Of a DNA stretch of 64,000 bases, positions 39,501 through 53,700 are shown piece by piece. Both the position numbers and the translations under genes were made by a program. The notes below the pieces were generated by a model, which was given only the letters and a program-made list of their open reading frames with translations, did not search any database and was not told the origin of the DNA. Within the stretch, counting starts at the first letter, position 1; each line of letters opens with the position of its first letter. The stretch covers positions 21,344,108-21,408,107 of the forward strand of contig NC_068994.1 of the NCBI RefSeq assembly GCF_001194135.2, written 5' to 3'. This stretch comes from Octopus bimaculoides (Eukaryota).

Positions 39501-42500
39501 GCTTCTTCAACTTCCTCTTGGAGAATTGGAGTATCTCCAAGTTCCCTGCTGTTGTTATTGTTGGAATTGTCTAGGATGTTCCTGTCATGTTTGAGTTTGT
39601 GATTGATCAAAGGAGCATAAAAGTAATAAAGAAAAAGATTAGAATTAATAGAAGAGCTGATCAGTTCCCTGCTGAATATGCATGAATGGCACATTGCAAT
39701 GATGTTGGAAGTCATCCATGTGTGCAAAAGAGTAACAACTTAAGTAGAGCATTAAGAGATGGATGGTAGCTGAAGTCAATCTAGTTGGGGTGAGGTTAAG
39801 ATAGCAGCAGAAATAAATATATAACTAATTAACAAACTTATAACCACTAAATCTAAAGGACATAACCATATTTAGCTATAATGTTTGATGATTGAAAATG
39901 CTAAGGGAAAGAAATATGTAGATATATAAACTCAGGTATGGTAAAAATGAAATGGTTTAAAGAAGTGAAACTGGCAAAAAGTGAATGCTTCCTTTTGGTG
40001 ATCCGGAAGACAATGGGAACTTCCTCTTAAAATCTTGATAGATTCTTTGTTACACAGATCATATGGAGTTTGGCAACCTTGATATGGCCTTCTCATATCG
40101 ATAATAGACCAGGAAATATTGTTAGGTATGTAACTGATCTTAACATGGTGTAAACGAAGTGGAAGTTTTGCGCTTTGCAGATGTAAATGAACTAGGATGG
40201 GATAAAAATTGCCTATTAAAGTCTACAGAAGAACCTATATAAATTTTAGTAGAATTCTGTTGTGTATAACATTTGATACATTTATATACTATGTTATACC
40301 TCAAGCAATAACATTTAAGGTGGATTTATCAGGTATTTTGCATTTATTTTTATCTCATATTAAACAATTGTCATTAGTCCCATTATTGTTATAATTAGTA
40401 TCAGTAGTAATACCAGTATCTTTTATCTTTTATTCATTTCAATCATTAGACTGCAGCCATACTGGAGTAACTGCCCTGAAGAATTATTAGTTGAATGAAT
40501 TGACCCTAGTACTTTTATTATTTTTAAACCTGGTTCTTATTCTGTTGGTCTCTTTTGTCAAACTGTTAAGTTACAGAAAAATAAACAAACCAACACCAGT
40601 TCGCAAGTGGTGGTGGAGGTAAACACAGACACAAAGACACACACATATATGACAGGCTTCTTTTAGTTTCCATCAACCAAATCCACCCACAAGGCTTTGG
40701 TCAACCCAAGGCTATCGTAAAAGATATTTGTACAAGGTGCCACACAGTGTGACTGAACCTGGATCCATGTGGTTGGGAAGCAAACTTCTTACCACACAGC
40801 TATGCCTGTGCCTATATATATATTCTGTGTGGATGAAGATTAGCCCCCAATATGCTGCTATTTGTGTTATGACTACTGGAACTACCATTATTATTAACAT
40901 GACTATAGCCATCATTACAATCAAAAAGAATGAATGCATTAATATCTCCCTTTTCATTGCTAGAATTAATATAACTAAGGTAGTTGCTACTTTTAATACT
41001 ATCTCTAATATAAGCACCAACAGGAGTAGTAAACAAATGCATAGAAAATAGACTTCCTCAAACATCCAAAGTGATCCTTAGAGGTAGTAGATAGTTTCAG
41101 TTATGTAGGTAACCAAATCAGCAACAGTTGCTCTGAAAGTGTAGTTGCTAACTGGGCAAAGTTCAGAGAGCTATTATTTTTGTTAGTAACAAAAGGCCTC
41201 TCTCTCTCAGAGTGAAAGGCAGATTGTATGATACCTGTGTACAGACAATTATACTACATGACAGTGAAACAGGCTGTGACTGTAGAGGACATGTGAAAGC
41301 TTGAAAGAAAAATGAAGCCAGCATACTTTGCTGGATGTTTTAAGGGAAAAATTTGGGATAAGAAGCATCAGATGTAGTGTGCAAGAGAGAAAACTGCACT
41401 GGTATAATCATGTGATACATACAGATGAGGAGAGCTGCATAAATAAATGCTGATCTCTAAATTTGGCAGGGAAGAGAGGAAGAGGATGATCCAGGGAGTT
41501 ATGGGATGAAGTGGTGAGAAATGATCTTCAGATGTTAAACCTCACAGAAGAAACAACAAAGGACCAAGACAATTGCCAATTTGCTGAGCTTGAGGAGACT
41601 CACCCAGCTAAGTAAAATTGAGGCCATAAAAACATATCCTTTATCTCCATATCCCCATCCCACATACAATCTGTCCCTTAACAAATCTCCCCCCGCTGCA
41701 AAGCAACAACCCTCCTCCACCTATGTTTACCACCCATTGTATTCCCTTCCACTCTCCCTCATGAACCTACCTGCACACAATATGTTCCTGTTGAATCTCT
41801 TCCCCACAACATATACTCCTAACACCCTTGCAAGACTCCTTTTATCTGTCCTTGAATACTACTCTCCCACTCAGTTGAGTGGTCTTGTCCTTGGTGACCT
41901 AAACCGTGCCAAAGTAGACAGCAGAATTTGGTGCAGTCTTCTCACAAGCCAGCATGGAAAACAAATATTAAATGAAAATGCGTGCGCGTGCATGCGTGTA
42001 TATTAGGCTAGGACAACCCAAGTGTGGATGCGTGCCAATTTCATGGTCATGTTCTCCCAGACACATAGCCTCCTCGCTCACAAGATCTCAATCAACACTC
42101 ACATAACACTACACAATCTCTCAAGTCTGCCATAACCAGCACTATATCCTAAATTGATAAAGATCATCTGATTCAGGCATTTCAATGCTTTTGATCTTGT
42201 ATTGAAGTAGCCATTGATGCTAATGGTGGATTCATTGAATAGGTGTGATAAAAGGATTCTCAAAATTATTTGCACCAATTTATTTTCAAAGCTTTTCTTT
42301 GATGAGCTATGCATCTTTTTTTAAATTCATACAAATGACCTCAAAAAAAAAAAAAAACTATGAAGAATGCACTACCCAACATAAGTTAATAGTTAATGAC
42401 TTCTGATTTAGAACTAGAAGGACAAACCAATCTGGAAAAGGAAGATTGGAAGCTTAAGAATCCTTCAAACAGAGATTTAAAGACATACTAATTGAAACAT

Positions 42501-44667
42501 TTGATGAAAAGGAGGAGATAGAGATGTATAACACAGAGGACAACTGGAAATTTTTTGGGGACAACCTACTGAAGGTTTCAAATATGTGGCTGGTGCAAAC
42601 TTCCAGCCAGATGAAGGGTGATCTGGTGGTGGAACAGGGAAGCAGATTGAGTCATAAAGCAAAAAGGTAATGTATAGGCGGTCTGGAAGAATGGAAGCAG
42701 CAGAGAACTATATCAAGCACCTAGAAGAGAAGCAAGGAGACAGGTCTGTTTAGCAAAAGGAGAAGCAGAATAGAAGGAGTTTGCCACTGTTCTATGGCAT
42801 GAGAACCAAAGGCATGAGGTACTTCAGATTGCAAGGTAGTGTATCAGAGAAAAATTAAGATGTGGAAGAGAAGTGTGTACAAAAGGGTAATGGCATTCTT
42901 GCATTTAGTGATTCTAGAAAGAAAGAGGCATGAAAATGCTATTATGAAAAGCTACCAAATGTGGAGAATAACTGGGAGAAAGAGTTTTCCTAATATTAAC
43001 TTGACAAAACCTCCAGCCCCTGGTCCATTAGGAATTACTGCTGAGATGCAATTTCTGGTAGAGTAAATCAGGTTTTACAGTAAGGTGTACCCAACAACTG
43101 TTACAAGGATAAAGGTGATGCCTCAGAGAGAAGTAATTACAGAGACATCAAACTAACAAGACCAGGTTATGGAAGTTACTGAAAGAATCATAGCTCATTT
43201 AATTAGGAAGACAGTTAACCTAGATGCGATGCAGTTTGGTTTTGTGCCAGGAATATGTACTACTGATTCTCTCTTTGGCAGCTGCAAAAGTATTTAGCAA
43301 AAAGTAAACCACTCTACTTGGCTCTGTGATCTAGTGGTCATTGAAGGACAGAAAAATGGCTCCCGAGAATTCAAAAAGCCATGTACAGAAATGCTGTCAG
43401 TAAGGCAAGATTTAACAATGAGTACAGCAATGAATTTAGTGTGTAGGTAGGAGTTCACCAGGGATCAGTTATCAGTCCCTTCCTATTTATCATAGTCCTT
43501 TGGGTCATAACAAGGAAATTTAAGATTGGTTGCCCATAGGAACTTCTCTATGCAGATGAGCTTGTCCTTATAGCTGAAACTATTGTGGAATCAGAAAGGA
43601 AATTGTAGGTGTGGAAACAAAACCAGGAACCAAAGTGCCTTAAAGTTAACTTAAGATCACAAGGGAAAGATTTTCTGGAATGCCCAAGAGGCTCCCAAGA
43701 GGTTGTAGATAACTTTTGTTACTTAAGTGACCTAATTAGCAAAGAAGGAAGATGTTCTGAAAGCAAATAAGAACTGGTTGTAGAAAGTTCAGACAACTAT
43801 CACCTCTGTTGGCAACAAGAGGTCTCTCTCTCAGAGTGAATGGCAGATTGTATTATGACTGTACAAACAGCAATACTACATGGTTCTGAAACTTGGGCTG
43901 TGAATGCAAAGTGAATGTGAAGCCTAAAAAGAAATGAAGTTAGTATGCTCCAATGGATGTGCAATGTCAGTGTGCACAACAAAGTACAAATGTGCTAAGA
44001 AAAAAATTGGGCTTGAGAGGCATCAGATATAATGCATAGGAGAGAAGACTGTGTTGGTATGGTCATGTGATGTACATGGATGAGGACAGCTGTATAAAGA
44101 AATGAGAAAGAAACCTGTGGTTTAGGAAGACCCAAGAGGATGTGGGATGATGAGGTGAAGATTGACCTCAAGATGTTGAGCCTTTGAGAAGAGATGATGT
44201 GGGAAGCAAGATCTATGGCAATATGATGTGCTTGCGAAGACCTGTCCATTTCAGCAAAAATGAGGTTCTGCATAGCATTCTCCCAACATTGTTTCCTGTT
44301 ACTTCCTCCATCCTGACCCACTTCTATTCCCTTTCTTCATTTCCCTCTCCCCACAAACAAAAATCTATCTCATTTTCTCATATTCACTTTGTGCTTTGAC
44401 CTCACACCTCTCTACAGATATGCAAGCCATATACTCACTCTTGCAGGTACTTAGTGACTTCACCAGTGCCAGGAAAGAAATACCCAATATATTATGGGCA
44501 GTGGTTGACATTAGAAAGGGCTGCACAACCCTCTAGTTTGTCTGTTTCTGCCAAACTGCCCAACTCATGCCAGCATAGAGAAAACAGATGATAAATAATG
44601 ATGACACATACAGCAACATCGTTTCTTCTCATTAACCACCCACTTTTGAGAGAGAGAGAGAGAGAGG

Positions 44668-44708
<41 letters not shown>

Positions 44709-47700
44709 TCATCAGTACATGCTGAGGAAAAGGAGACCAGTTGAGATCACAGTCAGACAATAGTCGGGAGATTTTCATGCAAGACATAGCAGAAGTTTTG
44801 CTGATGTCAAGTGCTGGAAGGCAGGCCTAAATCTGTTTGTCTGGCTTAACCCTGCCACCTTGCAACTGAGCACATTTAGTGGAGAACATATAGTTGCAAG
44901 CATTTAAGTCAGGTCTCTGGTCTGAGAGTAACATCATCCCTCATCTGACATGGCAGAGAAAAATCTTTGGTAAACCAGTCTAAGGACCCCATATATATAG
45001 GCTTACTAAGAAGGAAAAGGAAATTCATGGTAGTGAATGCAGGAATTATCAACATGCAGGGAGAAATGCAAAAAGTAAAAGTGGAAGAACTAGAGATATA
45101 AAAATTGTACAAGAAAAAAGAGAAATAATATATTTGGATGTAAAATACTTTCAGGGAACAATTGTTAAAAAATAAAGCAATACATTGATGATCTTATTAC
45201 TAGTATAGATAAAATAAAGAGGACTGACTGAAAATTTAGTATGGTATAAAGTCAAAGTATCCACATTACAAATTAAAGAAAATTATCTTGGGTTGAAAGA
45301 GAGAGGTGGAGAGTGAGAAAAAATATCAATAGTTAGCCTTTAAAATACATAAAAAGACAAGAGAACAATATGAAGATTGTGGCATTTGTAACTGGATGCT
45401 TGAATAGAAGAATGACTTAAGTTGAAAGACAGGTGACTTAATTAAAAGTGAAGTGTTCAAAAAGGTACTTTTTGTAACTGTTCAAACAGATCATTCCAAG
45501 GTGCTAACAAACTCTTGGTAGTTTTGCATTCTCTGGCCCACTGTGAAATGCTACAAATAATGGTAATTGATTTGAATTTAGGCACAATGCTAAAAATTTT
45601 GAGAAAATGGGGTTAATTGATATCATTAACTCCAGCGCTGTACTGGTACTATATTTATCAAACCTAGAGAGATGAAAGCTAACGTTGACTTCAGTGGGAT
45701 TTGAATTTAGAATGTAAAGAGCTGAAAGAAATACTGCAAAACATTTTATTTTAAAAAAATCTAATGATTCTGCCAATTCACTACCCTTTTCTAGGCACAA
45801 GGTCTGAATTTTCTTTCTTTTTTNNNNNNNNNNGGGGGGCGTTATTTAATTACATTGATTTCAGTACTCAACTGGTAATTATTTCATTGACCCTGAAAGG
45901 ATGAAAAGCAAAGTCGACATTGGCAGACTTTGAACTCAGAACAATAAGCTGAAAGAAATGCTGCTAGGCATTTTGTTTGGCACAGTAATGAATTTTGCCA
46001 GCATTCAGAATGATGATGATGACAATGAAGAGGAGGGGGAGGAAAATGAGGAAAAAGATGAGGAAGAGGATTCTTTCTTAATTCAGGCACAAGGCCCAAA
46101 ATTTGGGGAGGCAGGGTAAGTTGATTAAACCAACTGAAGTTCTTGACTGGCTAATAATACCTGGACACTGAAAGAGAGCATGAGGAACAGTTTTATAACT
46201 TTGTATGCATCTTAGAAAGGCTTGACTAACGACATTTCCATGTCTGGTAGTGTCTCTTTATCCAAAACTACCAAGACAAGGATTTCTGGAAGTTATCCAT
46301 AGTCTCTTCTGTATCAGTTCATTCTTCCTGGAGAACACTATCACCTATCCTTAATATATAACTGATATGAAGTTTTCACTGACTGCATTGCTCAACGAGT
46401 TCTTAACATGGGTTCAGAACTGCAGCTCTGTCAAAGAGATGAATTGTAGAATGATGTGCCTTATAAAAAGCCACATCTAATCAGTGTCCAGGAATCTGCA
46501 GATGCCACAACCTCAGTGTATGTCTGCTGTTGATAGACCATCTGACAAATGGAATGCATTTCCTCCAGGCAAAGATTGGAGGCAAGGCATGATGACAGTC
46601 AGGTGGTAGATTACAACAGATGCAATATAAGCACTCACCAATAGCAATGATGGTAGCAGCAGCAACAACAGGAGGGGCAGTGGCAGATGTGGAAGTAGTA
46701 GCAGCTGCAAACACAAATGTCTTAGTGAATATAGTAACAGTGACAGTATCAACAGCAGCTGTGGCTGTCAAAGCAGTGGCAGTAGTAGCAACAGTAGTAG
46801 CAACAGAAGTATTAGCAACCATAGTGACAGTATCAGTAGTGAGAGGAGCAGCAATAGTATTACGAGCAGTAGTAGAAGTGGTAGCAACATCAGGTAGCAC
46901 CAATAGCAGAAGAGGTAATAGTAATATCTGTGGAAGTAGTAGTGGTAACAGCTTATACAAGCCATTGTCCTAACTCCAATTGACTATGGATGTTCAGTTT
47001 GTAATTCATTGATAGTTAAAAAGTATTATTACTGTTAAAGACATATTTATTGCAAATATACAAAATGGAAATTCGTGTTATATAATGTTATTTAAAACAA
47101 TTTTTATATTTAAAAAATTAGTATTAATTTCACAATTTTTATAAGCACCATGAAATTTTAAAAGAGTAAAATTATAATTATTGTGCTAAATTTACTTTGT
47201 TCAAATTTTGGTGATTCATATACAAAATGATGAAATACTAATTTTTCAAACTATAAATATTTTTCACAAACAGAGCAGGAAATCAGGAAAGCAAATATAT
47301 ATACATTATCTAGAAGGTACTAAATGATAGCTGCAGTGTGGCAGGTTTTTTGAGAGTTTTAGAAGTTAAACACCTAAAGTTGATGGTCTTGTTTTTACAG
47401 AATACAAACATAATGTCTCTGAGTAATTTGTTCTGTAAAGATTTCTACTTTTCTAAGCCAAACAGTTGACAATTTACAAAGTTATTCTAAGTACATGAGT
47501 CAGCAAATACAATAAAATATATCAGGGATGTGCCACCAAGGTAGCAGTGCCTACCTTGAATAAAATAGATTGATAGCAACATTTTCCTCTCATGGCAAAA
47601 TATGCACCTAATTCAATAAAATCAGTTAGTCTGATTACTATGCATAAAATGCAAAATGTTTTATTTTTTTGTAGATTAGGTAGGCATAATTCACCCCTGC

Positions 47701-50700
47701 TTTTCAATCTCAGTATTTAAGCTATGCATAGTACTGCTGCATACATTTCTACAACACCATTTTCTTTACGTGATATAAAGGCAGAAATAGATCTGCTTTC
47801 AACTCAGTTGCATGCCTGTGTTTCACTTTTTTTTTTGTATGTTTTGCTACATAAAGGTCACCAACTGCCTACTCTGAGTAATTACTGATGGCATATGCCT
47901 GAAATATATGCTTTGCTGATGAGGTCATAATAAAAGTGAATTATAGAAGTCTAAACCTGTGCTTAGTGAAATAATTAAAATAATATCAGTCAGTGATTAA
48001 TATCGTTTATTCTTCAGTGCATAATTATTTCTATTTAGTTTTTAATGTTACCCTGCATTAAACATCCTCACCATAGCTTAATTCTTGTTCTTAAAAAGTA
48101 GTAGTTTTGTACCCATTATATTTCAAACAAGACACCAAATGTACCTTGACCAATTTTTCTTTGCAATAGAACAGGTTAACTAATTCCTGTAGGGGTGGAG
48201 TAAGGCTCATAACGCTTGCTAGACTATGGGCAAAGCAAGATTGACTCTGTAAACTATTTTAAGAACACATTTTAATTAGTTAGACAACACTCAAATATAA
48301 CATTTCTGGTTAAGTTCCAAAAAAGAGTGTATGTAACCATAAAAAATGTTTTACTTGTTCATAAACACAATCAAAATCATAAGTATTAATCAATGACACT
48401 TATCACTTCGAAGAGAATTGTAACATTAATTCCTAAGAGATTAAGAATGTCATTGAAACAGTCTCAGTTGAGAATCAAAACCAAATTACAAACTTAGTTT
48501 ATCAAAATTTTATCAACAGTTTTAAAGGACAAACTATAATCGATCATACTGAATTTAATTCTGTGCTGTCTATTAATAAAATTGTTTGTTGAGCCTATAA
48601 AGGACATGTGTTTGTGTATTAAATTTCTTAGTGATCAATATGTATTGTTAACTTTGGAAGTAGAAAGACAAGAAAAAATACAGCATATATATATATATAT
48701 ANNNNNNNNNNNNNNNNNNNNNNNNNNNNNNNNNNNNNNNNNNNNNNNNNNNNNNNNNNNNNNNNNNNNNNNNNNNNNNNNNNNNNNNNNNNNNNNNNNN
48801 NNNNNNNNNNNNNNNNNNNNNNNNNNNNNTATAAAGAGAGAGAGAGAGAATACAAGCAATTTGCACATTACACGACCCAATTTCATTTGTAAGATTAATA
48901 ACTTTGAAGAAGTTAGGAACATGACAACATGAATTTTATTCCTACTGTATGCTTCATTCTTACACATTTAGGATTCATGCAATAAAAAAACTTAAAGAAG
49001 AATGGTTCCTGTTTGGCTGACTTGCTCTTAACACACTAAAGACAAGTTTCAGTACAGTGTAATCAACCCAATGGTTCACAAAAACACTTATGCAAATAGT
49101 TCAAAACACTAAATATTTAGGTAGACAAGAGACAAATATATCTCTGGATAGAATGTTAAGAGTAATTGCCAGTTAACTTTTTATGTGGCTAACATCTATT
49201 TTCAAACAAGCTAAATTAAAACAGAGTTAACTATTTTGTCTAAAATATGGCAAAAGACCTGAAATCAACTGTAAATTCAGTAACTCAAGAACCACTATCT
49301 GTGAAATAAACATTAAAATCTCATCTCCAAGGCCACTGCAACCTCAAACTATATATACATATAAAGAAAATCTGTGGCATCTCTCCTTCGTTTGCCAGTC
49401 TCTAGTTTTCTTTTTCTTCTTTTTTAAATAATTGAACTATTTTTACTTTAACTTAGTTAACTTTGGGTTGAAAATACAAGAAATATACATCTAGATGTTC
49501 CTTTTTAATACTAATCTTTTTAAAAAAAGAAAAGAAAAGAAAACTAAACTTCACATTCTATGTTTTAGCATATTCTTAAATATGAACACTAAAATCAAAC
49601 AATGTCAAAGTAGAATAGAAAAATAAAACAGATTTCAACATCAGTGTTCAGGAATTGTAAGTGTAAAGCAACACACACTGTTGTCACTAGTCACTCTCTT
49701 AGTAACAATCTAGTTAATATAAAGATGGTGAATTACCCAAGTAATACATCATTTCTCATGTAACTGAGACAGAGATAATGCCTGACACTTTCTGATGAGA
49801 GGTATCCATCAACATGTGATTAGCTCTAGTAATAAAATAAGAGCAATATCAATTTCCTTTGAGAAGATTTCTGCTTGCACTACAAGTTAATGAAACATAC
49901 ATCAACTGTTCATGGAGGTGAATTGTACTTCTTTATAATACTTATTAGGTTGACTAAAACTTAAGATAATTGACCTTTTAGAAAGAAAGGCCCAAATAAG
50001 GCAGAAGGAAAACCTTATTTTGCAGGTATTCGATATATGACTGGAGATCAAATGAAACAGAATTGCTTGAAAGAGATGAACAAGAATTTTAACACCTCAA
50101 GAATTTTGTAAAATACAACAAAAGACAACCAGCCAATCTTTATCTCTGAGACTATTACTTCAGTGTCAAAACTGATCAACATTAAGGCAATTTTTACCTA
50201 AGTTTCATTTAATGATGACTGAGAGAATTTAAATAGAACCTTAGCAAAAGACAAATGGGAAAATCAATGCCAAACTGTCAGGTGAAAGATTTCAATAACT
50301 GATGTATCTAAGATTTAAATGCTTTCAATCCTTTCCAAGGAAAATATTAAATAGATCTTTCTCCAGATATGATTTGAAGTGCTTTATCACTCGAGTAATT
50401 CTTTCCCAGCCAGATCTAACAAAGAACAGAAAACTTCCAAAGTCATGCGTAAAACATTAACAACAAACATGAACCAACAAAAATCCAGAAATAATAGAGT
50501 GGAGGAAAGAGAGAGGAGGAAAGAGAAAGAAAGAGAAATTGGATAACAAAAATATTACAACATTTTAAAAATTCATATTTAGAATGAAAACAGAAAAACA
50601 ACCAGTGTGAAAGCAAAGGAGCTGAAGGGACAGATAACCAAAACAGGGCTCTAGAATGGTAGGGATATAAATAAGAATATAAAAGGAATGTGTGAAAAAA

Positions 50701-53700
50701 TTGTGAAAATACCTCTTCTTCGTCCGTAAGCACGTGCTGCAGTAAGCCAAGTAGAAATTGTAAAACTTTAGTGATTTAACACTGCACATATGAACACATA
50801 CACAAAAACCACACTATATGTATGTGCATGTGTGTAATTAACAGGTGGAAAAACAAAGAATATGTAAAAATTGTAGACTATATACATGAAATTAAAACAT
50901 TAGAAGAGTCACCACTTTCCTTTCCCAATGCAAAAAGAAAAAAAAAATGTTGTGCATGTCTTCCTGTATACTCTGCATATGGTGCACATTAAGCTTAAGA
51001 AATGGCAAATTAATAAACACTGAAGAAATCTTAAGATTCCCACCTGTTAACATCAATCTTCAAGAATCCTCTAGTTTCTAGACCTGCTTTGAAAGCAGAT
51101 CAGCCAAAACCTGCATGCGTTATAAACTTAAAAACTAACTAATGAAAAGAAAGTAATCAGTTGTATGATTTGAAACTATTTCTCTGCAATTACTAGGGAA
51201 TGTTAAGAAATGTTATAAAAATCACTTTAATACTTTTTAATGTCATCTAACTTCAAAGATATTTAAATTCTGTCAACATCATGGCATAGCCATGACGAAA
51301 AGAAGTTTGAATCATAACCATGTAGTTCTGAATTTGGTCCCATGGTGTGGCACCTTGTAAGTAGGATTAGGCAAACAGAAACTGTATGCAACCTCTTGCA
51401 GGTATATAGGTTTAGCTGTGTGTGTGTCTGGTGTCTTGAGTTGCATTCCTCAACCATTCAATAAAAAAAATAATCACTAAAATAAGTACCAGACTAAAAT
51501 AATTACTGAAGTCAATATGATAAACTTAAACCCTTGAGCATGGCAGAAGAGCATGACCCCAGTGCAATACCTAAAACTAGTAAAAGAATAAAAATCCAAC
51601 GTATGCACTGTTTTTCAATGTTCATTAATCACTAAATAAAACTATTCAGTTTTGTGAATATTTAAATGACACATATCACACACTGCTGCGTATGCATCAA
51701 TTCAAACAGACTCGAAAAAGAGCTGCTCCTTGAATAAACTTAAATACATAAGGGAAGGAAGTGAAGTAGTAAAAATGAAAAGTATAAGATTCTCTCCAAA
51801 TTTTTCTTATCTTTTGTGCTTGTATAGTCATGCTGAAGTATAAACAAAAAAAAATTCTATCTAAATAACAGATTCTATATAAAAAGAAAAAAGAAAAGGA
51901 AGATGTTAGTGGTATTATAAAGCAACTAGAGAATTGATACACAAATACAACTGGAAAAAGTTTTGGTAACAGTTTCAAATTGGGAAAAAAAATCTATCAT
52001 TATCTCAAACTGAAGATGATGAAACCAAGGAGAAAATAACTCTTTTTGCAATCAATGACTAGATAAATAGGGAAAATAATTAAGATAATAAATAATCAAT
52101 AAAACCAGTGTTTTCAAAAGTACTAAGACTGAGCAAAGCAGGTTTGCATAGACAATGTTATACTAACAAAGTCTAACATGACTGAAGTGTATCAATGCTG
52201 CCCCATCAGGAATAATCACTGAGATGCTCAAAATATCTGGCAAAGTAGGATCCAAGAGACTCATCCAAATAGTTAATCAAGTAATACAGCAAGGTGTCAT
52301 GCCCAATGATGTAGTAGTATCAATGACACTGCTACACAATGATGGTGCTGTATCATTATAAACTGCTACAACGAAATGCTTTACAGCAAGGAAATTATAG
52401 AGGTATCAAGTTGTTAGACCTACATATGAAGGTCTTGAAGAGAGACATTGCACAGTTGATTAAAGATAGAATTAGCTCAGATGAAATACAAAAGTATTTT
52501 TCTTAGAGTAAACCACTTTACCAAGAATTTAGACTAGAAGAGTGTTTTTGATAGGGTACAAAACTCAGCTATGTACATATATGCAGTTAGTATCACAGGA
52601 ATCAACAATGAATTCCTGCCTTCACACTAAATTCAATGAAATAATTCCAGAGATGGGAGCAAAACCTAGAATTAAGAGGACTCAAAAAATTTAGCAAAGA
52701 CTAAGATGTAAGTAGAAAGAAGACAGGGTCCCGATATAAAAACAACAACAAGGAAAAAAAAAACAATTAAAAACGCAACTAGCCTTGCTTGATATGCTTT
52801 ACCCAGTGTAAGATATGGACACATAAAAGGTGTAGTGGAATCAGGCAGGCTAAGAATGAAAGGCAGCTTTGTATGTAGTAGATGCACAGAAGCAATATGT
52901 TTGAAGAGTGTAATGATTATAGACTCTAATATGCCCAGTGGTTCACTAAAGTAGTTGAGACTTTCTGCTACTACAGTGACAGAATTAGAGAGTCAATGGG
53001 TGTTCAGAATGTATAGCATGAGTGCTGAGCACTCAAAGTAAATTGAACCAGTGGAAGAGGGAGACCAAGGAAGACTCAGGACAACATGGTGTAAACTGAT
53101 CTGAAGATGCTGCATATCTTATAGAAAATGATAAAGGACTGTACTGATTGGCAATAGACAGTGATCAAGAAAACCTGACTATCTATGGCAAAACATACCC
53201 TGGCATGAAGGTAGTATTTAGAGATGAGATATTTTTGTACCTTAATAAAACCAGAATCTGTTTTCCCCTCACTTTACACTTCTCCCCCACCTCTCTTTTA
53301 CCTACTACTTACTCTTGTCACCCACAGCACACATTCTCTCATATACCCACCACCTGTCTTCACTTCATCCTCATCAGTTTGATTTCTTTGTTCTTCACAA
53401 GCATATGTAAAAGAATCTGCATCCAACCATCCTGATTCCTCCATTCAATACACTATAATTTCACCCTTTTTGTACTATCAGTCATCAGTCACTCTCCTCT
53501 AGGCCAAATCTGCTGCCACCCATCACCTGTTCTTACCTTTATCTCACCATCCACCCTTACCTTTGTCTACTTCTGTTATTGCCAATCACTCCCTTCTTGA
53601 CTAAACCTCAAAGAAACCTACTGCTTACATCATATTCCTGTTCCTCCCAGCTATGCTTTCTAGCCCAACAAATGCTATTGCTCTCTCTCTCTCTCTCTCT

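Noticed and set aside
46481-46973. Low-complexity ORFs as a possible prion-like CPEB exon
   Set aside because: On the gene strand the repeat reads Thr/Ala or Leu, not Gln. It is a degenerate trinucleotide repeat with no convincing splice sites.
51044-51083. AG/GT-bounded 40-nt segment upstream of the microexon
   Set aside because: Not a multiple of three and no supporting similarity. At most a poison-exon candidate.
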